A stretch of 64,000 nt of DNA, taken from Tetramitus jugosus (taxonomy: Eukaryota > Protista > Heterolobosea). The notes under the pieces are model-generated. The model saw nothing but the letters and a program-made list of their open reading frames with translations. It did no database searches and was not told the DNA's origin. Both the position numbers and the translations under genes were made by a program. Within the stretch, counting starts at the first letter, position 1; every line of letters begins with the position of its first letter. The DNA lies in contig OW569367.1 of the NCBI GenBank assembly GCA_937625935.1, forward strand, positions 62,001-126,000, given 5' to 3'. This document shows, piece by piece, positions 55,336-64,000 of the stretch.

Positions 55336-56445
55336 TTATTTTTGTTGTTGTTGACCCTGTGCCTCCTTTGGTTGTTGCTTGCCAGATGTGAACTCTGCGA
55401 CTGAAACCTCCCCGCAGTCCTTGATAAACAATCGCTTCAATGGCTTATCGTTGCGATCTTTTGGTGCTCTCTCAATCATATGAACAAGGTCCATGCCTTG
55501 AATGACCTTGCCGAGAACAACATGCTTTCCGTTGAGCCATGGCGTGTCTGCTGTTGTAATAAAGAACTGAGAGCTATTGGTGTTGGGACCTGCGTTGGCC
55601 ATACTAACACAACCAACAAAATGCTTCACAGCAAAGTTTTCATCAGCAAATCTACGTCCGTAAATGGAATTTCCACCGGTACCGTTGCCCTTGGTGATAT
55701 CACCTCCCTGAATCATAAAGTTTGGAATGACTCTGTGAAATGGTGAATTCTTGAACGTTAATTGTTCGTTTGTGTTGGATGCCAAAACTCTAAAGTTCTC
55801 CACAGTCTTTGGAACCGTGTTACCAAACAGACCAATCACAATTCTGCCCAAATCTCTCACTGAACCATCATCCTGTTGCTGTGCGACCTCAAAATAAACA
55901 ATTTTGGTAATGGCAACCGTAGCATTCTCATTGTCCACAGTCAAAAAGTCTGCGGATGGTGGTGATGCACCATGTTGCTGTTCTTCTCTTCTGAGATCAT
56001 TCAACAATCTCTCTTGATCCTGTTGATACTGCTCATCCAACATTTCCTTCTCCATTTTCTCTCTGACTCTCTCTCCGTACATGAGCTTGTAAATAATGTA
56101 ACCAATGAAACCAAATGTCAAGTGAACAAAACGGAATTTGAAACCTTGTCCAAACGGATTCCAACCTGATTCAGCAAAACGACTCTGCTTCAACTGTCTT
56201 GATTCTCTCTGAGATTCAGAGGTTGTCTTCTTGGAAAAGTAGTTTTCTGCTTGAAATGCTGTGTTTGTTGAGAAGAAAGCTCTATTGTTGTTCATGCTAC
56301 TTGTTGTTGTTGGTGTCATCATCAACAATGGCATGTGCGTGTTGTGATTGAGAACATTCTTGTAAGAAGCTGATGTGAACAAGTTGGTGGAGCGATAGAG
56401 GTTGGTTGGTTTGCGAGTCAACAGAACTGCAGATTGCTTGAGCAT
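55336..56445 (-). CDS. Cyclophilin-type PPIase with mitochondrial presequence and TM anchor
   Basis: [38 protein letters not shown] and WLNGKHVV; presequence from MLKQSAV (ATG 56445); [20 protein letters not shown]. Confidence 0.92.
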   Translation of the reverse strand: MLKQSAVLLTRKPTNLYRSTNLFTSASYKNVLNHNTHMPLLMMTPTTTSSMNNNRAFFSTNTAFQAENYFSKKTTSESQRESRQLKQSRFAESGWNPFGQGFKFRFVHLTFGFIGYIIYKLMYGERVREKMEKEMLDEQYQQDQERLLNDLRREEQQHGASPPSADFLTVDNENATVAITKIVYFEVAQQQDDGSVRDLGRIVIGLFGNTVPKTVENFRVLASNTNEQLTFKNSPFHRVIPNFMIQGGDITKGNGTGGNSIYGRRFADENFAVKHFVGCVSMANAGPNTNSSQFFITTADTPWLNGKHVVLGKVIQGMDLVHMIERAPKDRNDKPLKRLFIKDCGEVSVAEFTSGKQQPKEAQGQQQQK

Positions 56446-56658
56446 TCTTGATGTTTGTTGTTTTTGATGTTTTCTTGCTTGCGGGTGATCTGGTGTCTTT
56501 TCAACTGTTGTTGTTGGCGATGGAATGTTTTTTGTTGTAAAAGGCAAATGCATCTCGGCAAAACTTAGCCATTGCATTATCACGCCGGAGAGACACAAAG
56601 TGAAGCTCAAGGTACACACGCAGCATGACGGAATCTGAAAAGCATTTTGGGATCAACT

Positions 56659-57246
56659 TTACTTGTTGGTGATTTGACCGCAGTCAGAGATGGAAATTCT
56701 TTGCTTGGTAGCTCCAGAGTGAGAGCCATAGGACTCCATGGACTTCAACACCTGGAAGCTCTTGTCATCAGCGACTTGACCAAAGACAGTGTGCTTTCCG
56801 TCCAACCATGGGCATGGGATAAAAGTAATAAAGAATTGAGATCCGTTGGTGTGTGGTCCAGCATTGGCCATGCTCAACAAACCACCATCCGTGTGCTTTG
56901 CAACAAAGTTCTCATCAGGGAATGTTCTTCCATAGATTGATTCACCACCAGTACCATTTCCATTGGTAAAGTCACCACCTTGCGCCATGAATTCAGGGAT
57001 AATTCTGTGGAAGGAACTACCCTTGTAGTGCAATGGCTTTCCAGACTTTCCAATGCCCTTCTCTCCAGTGCACAGAGCTCTAAAGTTTTCAGCAGTTTTT
57101 GGAGCAATGTCATCAAACAGATCAAATTCAATGCGTCCAGCAGACTTTCCGGCAATATCAATGTCAAAGAAGACTCTTGGGCGAATCAAGGTGGTTTTTG
57201 TGGCGTAGAGTCTGGTGGTTGATTTCAAGATGTGGAAGGTGCTCAT
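56659..57246 (-). CDS. Cyclophilin-type PPIase (CypA/CypD-like) with short presequence
   Basis: [46 protein letters not shown] and [10 protein letters not shown]. Confidence 0.96.
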   Translation of the reverse strand: MSTFHILKSTTRLYATKTTLIRPRVFFDIDIAGKSAGRIEFDLFDDIAPKTAENFRALCTGEKGIGKSGKPLHYKGSSFHRIIPEFMAQGGDFTNGNGTGGESIYGRTFPDENFVAKHTDGGLLSMANAGPHTNGSQFFITFIPCPWLDGKHTVFGQVADDKSFQVLKSMESYGSHSGATKQRISISDCGQITNK

Positions 57247-57508
57247 TGTTGTTGTCGATGTGTGTTTCTTTTGTGTGGTGTGCTTTTCTTGTATGAAGCT
57301 TCCCTAGGCGGATAATTAGACAAATTGTTTTTCGCGATCTTGTTGTAAAATTAACCCGGACGAGTTAGTCCGATTGCATGGGCAAAGAGCAAGACGCTTT
57401 TTTTTGGAGTTGTGAATGAACAACTGAGACAACGACTCCATACAGACAATAGGCACCCCATATATTCTTTGTGAAACAGCCATCATACTCTCATTACACA
57501 GCATTATC

Positions 57509-60500
57509 ATGCATCCATCAAGAAAGCGCTCTCAATCAGACGCTTCCAATCCAAATCTCCCACCACAACAGCAACATGCAGCTGACATGACTCATCATCA
57601 ACCACACATGGCGCCACAACAACTTAGTATGAGAGGAACAACGACTACTACACCTCCCTCCACAGGATCTTATCAAAGCTATCAACCAACCTCATCAACT
57701 TACATGCAACAGCAAGCTTCATTTGGTGGTGGCAGTGTCTATCCTCCTCATCAGCAACAACCACAACCACCACAACATCACGTGCTCAGTTATCAGCACC
57801 ATCAGCAACCACAACAAGCTTCAACCTATCATCACCCTCAATATCCACACAGTCGATCTTCTCCTGTTCCCCAATCATCACAACAACATCATCAGCAACA
57901 GATCTCACCCATTTCTTCACAACAACAACAATTCTATCCTCATCATCAACAATCGTCGTCCATGGCAACAACAAGCAGACAACAACAGCAAGTGCAACAA
58001 CAACACATGGTTCCATTGTCTCAATCTGCTTCTCATCACACACAACAACATCACTTTCAACAACAACAGGTACCTTTATCATCTTCACCACCACTTGCAC
58101 AACAACAACAACAACAACAACAAACACTTGTCAACACTAATGAACAAAAACATATGCTCAGTGCATCGAAAGATGTCATACAGGATATCATTTCCAATTT
58201 TGAAGATAATTTTAATTATTCGCAAGAGTTGTTGGTTGCTGCACTGAATCATTTGGCCTCGGTGATGAACACGACACCAGAGCATCGCTACTATTATGTT
58301 GGATTGGCTCATTTGTGCAAATTGCACCCAAGAGTCTTTGCCAGTGAGATTGTCATTCAAAAAATGATCCAGATATTGTCGACGACACCGACTCCGCAAT
58401 CAATAACGACTGTCATTGCCAGAAAGACTGCTGGTTTAACAAGAGTATTGCTTGTGAATATTTTGATGCGTCTCTATGCTCAATCCAATGATTGGCCATT
58501 GAATTTTGTGAGGGTATGTGTGTGACTGACTGATCGACTGCATTACCAGTTGAAACAGCACTGTTTTAGCTGTTTATTCTGTTATTATTCGTTTCTTTTC
58601 GTGCTCATTTCAATCATTTGTTTTCAATTGTATTCATGTGTTTTAGGCATTTGTGGATGATAGTTTAGGTGAGAGACTATGGGTTGACAGTGATTCAGGA
58701 TACTGTAGATTATTCATCGCAAATATATTAACTATATATCAGTCAGCAGAGTCCATACGACAATTGTATCCAAATCTCGGTGACGAAGAAAGTATTATTG
58801 AACGATTTTCGAACAATGAGCAAGAGGTGATCGCTCAAACATTGGAGTACACCGTCGCGCAAGTTAGAGCAGCGATTCATCAGAGTAGGACTGGAAAGCG
58901 ACGTAATATCGAGTCACATATTATTCGCCTATGTATTAGTACAGCTTCTTTACCCGAGATACGGCTTTTGTCTTCGAGCAATCTAGAATCATGGTTGAAT
59001 CAGAGTGCGACACAGGCGAATCAAGTCGGATCGCAGCAGGCTCCAGTTTTGAAACAAGCGCGAGACTTGTTACAAAAAATGACCGTATACATGCAAAATT
59101 CAGCGGACCCAATGGATCACGAAGCATTCAATAACTTGGTTTCAATGAAACTCAAATCCGTCCTATCAAACTATTACCTGGAAACGATATCGAAGATGAT
59201 GGTAAGTGAGGGCTATCAAGCGATTGCCATCCAGCACTTTCTCACAAACGAGTGTCAATCCTATAGAAATGCAACGTCAGCCGCCAGCTCTATGAATTAT
59301 TTTAAAACTTTTATTCATATTTATCGAGCGATACCTGAGCACGGTGCTTTACAATTAGGTCATGTATTACAAGGAATGGCCGCTACCGATCAATATCAAC
59401 CACATTTACGGCCGTTGATTAGGAGAATCGTAAAGAATCTACTTCCCCTCGGATTGGATTTTGTAGAGTTATGTTCTAGTTTATTAACGGCTAGAGAACA
59501 AATGATTCAGCAGCCTTTAGAGATTAGAGAGAAGTGGATCAATTGTCTAGTAGATTTGGTGTGCTTTGTATGCGCATCATGCAAGATCTATTACACAAAG
59601 GATATGACGTTTGACATATACGAGCAAGTATCTACCGTGTGTAGTCGATGTATGGAGTGGTGCAAGCTTGTATTACCGACTTATTTGCCCGAGTTGTCGC
59701 GCAACCAATATGTTACACTTGTCACACATTTCTTGTTTCTGAAGCCACCACATGCTTATCTCCCACAAGATAACATAATCGAATCAGAGAAAAATCTAGT
59801 GCAGGCAATGATCAACGAATTACCTGTTCAAGAATCGACCATTTTGGATTTGGAGATTCTGTGCTTAACAATGGGACGCCTAAGCAACGAAGCAGCATTG
59901 GATATCCTGTTTTCTATCATACATCGAGCAGCCTTTTATTCTGTTGTTAGCGGAAAGAATTGTCTGATGGTACGCAATACTGACATAGTCGTCGGATTGT
60001 TGCAGTGTACTTTTTCTGATTTACCGTCCTGGTTTCCTCAAGACTCAAAACCAGTCATTCTCCCTGAGAGTATAGTTATTGCTATACGCCACCTATTTTG
60101 GAGATCGTGCAAGATTTTGTTAATATTGACATCGTTCAATTCTTCTATATCGATTGAGGTAATGAAACTACCAACTATGAAGTTACTGGTGGAGAGCACG
60201 ATCAAGAATCAATTACCAGATTTAGAGAAGATGCACGATGATGAACACGTTCTTGAATATGAAAGAGAGATGATTCAATACTATAGCAGAGAAATGTATG
60301 ATCGTGTGAATCAGTACCAAATTAATGTGGAGTTATTCAAGAATGGAGTGAGTGATCTCTCACCTTTTCTAAATTACTTTATAGCTATTAATCCGTATTC
60401 GGATACCAGAATTCCTCCAGTCGAGGAGATAGGACATTTTATTAAGCTAGAGAAAGATCTCCGACTTGGTAGTTCCCTTCGAAACAGCAGAGATCCTGAT

Positions 60501-63500
60501 TTACTTTCTGATGTTATGAAGCACGAGGGATCACTGCAGTCTCTATCATGGCTAACATCTATTATCCATAATGACATCAGTACTCTATCCATATTACCAG
60601 CACCAATCTTGTGCGAGTTGTTTTTAGCGTCAGTTTCTAAGAAAGATCGAGCAAGTAATGAATTGATAACGAGAATGATCGCTCGATTGTGCGAATGGTT
60701 ATTCAATTCAAGTGTTGAGAACTCGTATCAAGTTCTTTCATTTTTCTCTGCCAAACTGGCAGATCCATCTGACAACTCACGTCGCCTGACCAAACAATGC
60801 CTCAGAAGACTACTTGGTCAAGATGACATATATCAAATTGATACACCTCTGGATATGATGGGGACAGCGACCAAACAGTCCCATTATGGAGTTGCTACAA
60901 AGCAATATAGTTGGATGAACAAGATACCAACGCTTATTTGTTGGCCACAATTTCAGATTTCGTTGTGGAATACCTTTACATCATTGCTCAAATGTGATAC
61001 TGATCTCTCCTTTATTGCTGCTTTAACTGAGTTTATGTATGTGTACAAGGTGAAGGGTGCATTTGATATTTCGCTTGTTCTGAGTGATATGATTATCAAT
61101 CGTCAGTATTTGAGCCGAGAGATATTCTCGACATTGGTTCATGCACTCCCATATCATTCAATGGTTCAACGGATATTTGTTGAGGCGTATACGCACATCC
61201 AAAATGATCAAGCAGCATTATCTCGTTCTTTCGAACCTTCATTAACCACCATATTGCGCAGTAACGAACGAGAGATTTGTATGCCAACAACATACTTGCA
61301 AGGTTTAATTTCTTTTGTGCTGTTGCCTTTACCACCGAGCTCTAAACACCTAGAATTTAGTGATCCTATGATCACGGCAATAAGTTCTCTTTTTGGAAAA
61401 GGTGTTCGAGTGATAATGAGACAAGGAATTCCAACAGATGAAGTTTTGCTTACTGATGCCTTGTCAAAGAAGCTTCTTCTCACGAATTCCTCTTTACTGA
61501 TTCGTAAAGCATTAGAATCAGTGAGTGTTGAGGGAATGATACAGGTTTTATGTTCATTCGGTGCTTCTGAGAAGTGCATACATTTTATTAAGGAGGCGAT
61601 ACACAATCGATACTTACAAACTCCAGACGGTCGACAACACTTAGGTCAGTATTTTAGTAGGATGAATCAGTACGAATTTTCGCAGTTACTTGATTGTCTA
61701 GGTGAAAACAAGGACGATCCTCTTTACAATTTTGTTCGAACATTAGCGACACAGTCAGAACATGTGTCAGACAAACTTCAACTGATTGATGAACTGGGCA
61801 ATGTGATCCAAGATTCGACTGACTCATGTAAATCAGGTGATAAGCCTTCCTCAAGGGTAGAAACAACCTTCGTTAGACAGATTATCGAAAGAGGTCTTCT
61901 TAAAGGCGAGTTGGATGAGTTGCATATCCTAATTTCAGCATTATTTACTGGAACAGTTGAAAGTGACGAACAATATTCTATTATTTTAAGGACTTGTGTG
62001 GACACTGTTGAACAAACGTTTATCAATTCCGACCAGACCAATATTTTATCATCAGGAAATGCTTCTGCCATTCTCGTTCCTCTGATAATATTGACTCAGA
62101 GACGTTCTGCCCAACGATCTAGTCTTGCTAACCTTAACGCGCTTGCTAGGCTTACCGATATTATAATCAGCGCATTATCATCCACAAGGAACGGTAGTTC
62201 AAGTTACAATGTTCAACAGTACATTCTTTCAACGTACTATGCAATGGAAGTGATAAGACAAAGCAAAAACACATCTGATCTTCTTAGTATTTCAACGGAT
62301 GTGATACCTGTAATGGTCGATTCCATGTTCATGAAAATAGGACAGGTGAACAATAACTTACTTGACAATTTGCCACGGTTGGTACAAATGGGCTCCGGAT
62401 TGGTAGAGGCTATCATACATCATATGGCGTTGTCCTCTTATGATGCGACTGCAATGATGCGATTCTTTGATCAAATTGGTAACCTAACGCATCTGGTTTC
62501 GAAATTGAGTTTGAAAGGCGTTTTCGCTGATATGTTGCTTCAAATCGATCCAGCCATTGAGCTTGATTCCCATAGAGACATCATTTTTACTCACAAGAGG
62601 GATTGTCGACTATTTAAGAGTCTATCGCGTATGCTCATGTGTTTAATGATCCAGAATCTTGAATTCTCTCGTGTTGTTCATTTAGTTGAGAGCAGAGACG
62701 TGGCTTGTGTAGGGAAATTTGATCAAGAACTGGACGAAGACAGCACAATGCAGTTACTAAAGAGTATAACAAGGGATGAAGCACAACAAAATACTTCAAC
62801 TATTCAACGAGAGAAGATTGCTCTTCATTGCATATTCAACTTAATGAGTCGAGGACACTCTTTGTATGATATGCTCCGGAGTACAAAATATGTCTCGTTC
62901 CTTGAATCATTCTTACACAAGGGTTGTGTGGAAATTCTCGCAAGTCAATCTCACAACACGGATCACGTTCATCAATTGCTGTTGTGGTTGTATACATGCG
63001 ATCCTGATTCACCATTTGACAAATATTTCAGTCACCAGGAGCAAGAGAAGATATTCTCTGATTTGACCAACAGTGACACACTTCCTTTTTTAACAACAAA
63101 ATTGGATAAGATGATGCATCGAATTGGTCGAGTGTTGATGAACCAACAGGTGCAGTATAATCAAGGAGCACTAAAGGCTGATATCCAAGTGTTTGCCCAT
63201 TCCCTTTTGCGTCAAACTGCTTTTAGACATCCATATATTGTTCTGCGCTATCTCAATAGTATTTTGGCACTATTAGAACCAGTTGACTCAATCACTCTTG
63301 GATCGGAGATTCCACTCTCAGTCATCACAGTATACACTCAAGTGTTGAGCATAATGGATGCTCTGCGACCTAATATCTTCACTACAAAGTCAATCTCAGA
63401 GCTGTTGACCAAATCACTCGGTTTATATTTTGAATTGCTCAATTCCGCAACCGTGGCACAACATGATGCACTTTTACCACTTGTGAGCCACTTTATTGAC

Positions 63501-64000
63501 TTTTTAGGTCACTATATTCTCAACATTGCTTCGCAACTCGAATTACATGACGCAAGAAACATGCAACTCTCAAAGGAGGTCCAATTTCTGAGCAGTCGCT
63601 GTTCTGTACTGATACAAGCTCAGAATATTTTCTCTCAGGTCGCCACACAGATAAAGAATGTTCGGTTTAACATTGACATTCTCCTCGGTGTCATTAATGG
63701 AAGTAAATCAAAAAATAAGAGAGATGTACTCTCTCTGATCAGAAACGACGAAGCAACTTATCTGTCTGGAGTGAGTGTGAACACAGCGCTAAAGTTCCAA
63801 TTGCGTCCGAGAGACCCCAAACTGAAGGAGACTCTTCATTATTTAGACGAGCATTCTCAATATTCGCCCTCCATTCTGGAGAGCTATATCGATAGCTTGT
63901 TGGATCTCGTTATGTGTGAACCCAGAGATGACTACAATACTGACAGCACGATTCGTATGAGCTATTTACTGATCATACGATACTTGAAGACGGATTCAAA
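57509..64000 (+). CDS. INTS1: Integrator complex subunit 1 (3'-partial)
   Basis: Exon 1 ends ...NDWPLNFVR. Intron 58514-58646 (GTATGT...TAG) joins AFVDDSLGERLWVD, followed by EIRLLSSSNLESWLNQ...ARDLL (INTS1 signatures). The exon-2 frame appears open to nt 64000, which is why the ORF track misses it. Confidence 0.88.
57560..58135 (+). repeat. CAA/CAT-rich low-complexity tract encoding a Q/H/P-rich N-terminal extension of INTS1
   Basis: Multiple (CAA)n runs, e.g. 58098-58123. Confidence 0.8.

Noticed and set aside
58526-64000. Apparent 5.5-kb gene desert in the ORF track
   Set aside because: It is INTS1 exon 2, whose stop codon lies beyond the window.

Overview
Compact, gene-dense eukaryotic (protist-like) nuclear DNA with the standard genetic code. 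It has few, short GT-AG introns (59-133 nt), many CAA/AAT-derived poly-Q/N/T tracts and short intergenic gaps; the gene content would fit a free-living amoeba or flagellate such as a heterolobosean (inference only). The first ~4.3 kb is a mosaic of broken transposons: two out-of-order LINE ORF2 fragments, an inverted CACTA/EnSpm-type transposase remnant, an IS5/ISL2EU-Harbinger-type transposase remnant and a decayed PHD-finger ORF. From 5.6 kb onward there are about 30 host genes: a GT-like protein, secreted nicotinamidase, delta-12 desaturase, NmrA-like protein, metallophosphoesterase, WASHC4, SETD9-like protein, UBC4, VPS26, a divergent actin-related protein, a SUV39/EHMT-type methyltransferase, ATP10, an RWP-RK factor, a LACTB-like pseudoenzyme, a 6-exon hybrid histidine kinase, a Cof-type HAD, divergent eIF1, a Ubl protein, a CUE-PARP, Mpv17, a RhoGEF, a ZPR1-sirtuin fusion, M32 carboxypeptidase, a membrane-repeat F-box protein, two cyclophilins and INTS1 (which runs off the end). 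The most striking item is the in-frame fusion of a zinc-finger-less ZPR1 module to a complete sirtuin (47444-48823). Also notable are the polytopic repeat F-box protein, the altered eIF1, the catalytically dead LACTB, a head-to-head Ubl-VIM / CUE-PARP pair and a perfect 16-bp hairpin at 40608-40669. All family calls come from motif recognition by eye; no database searches were run.
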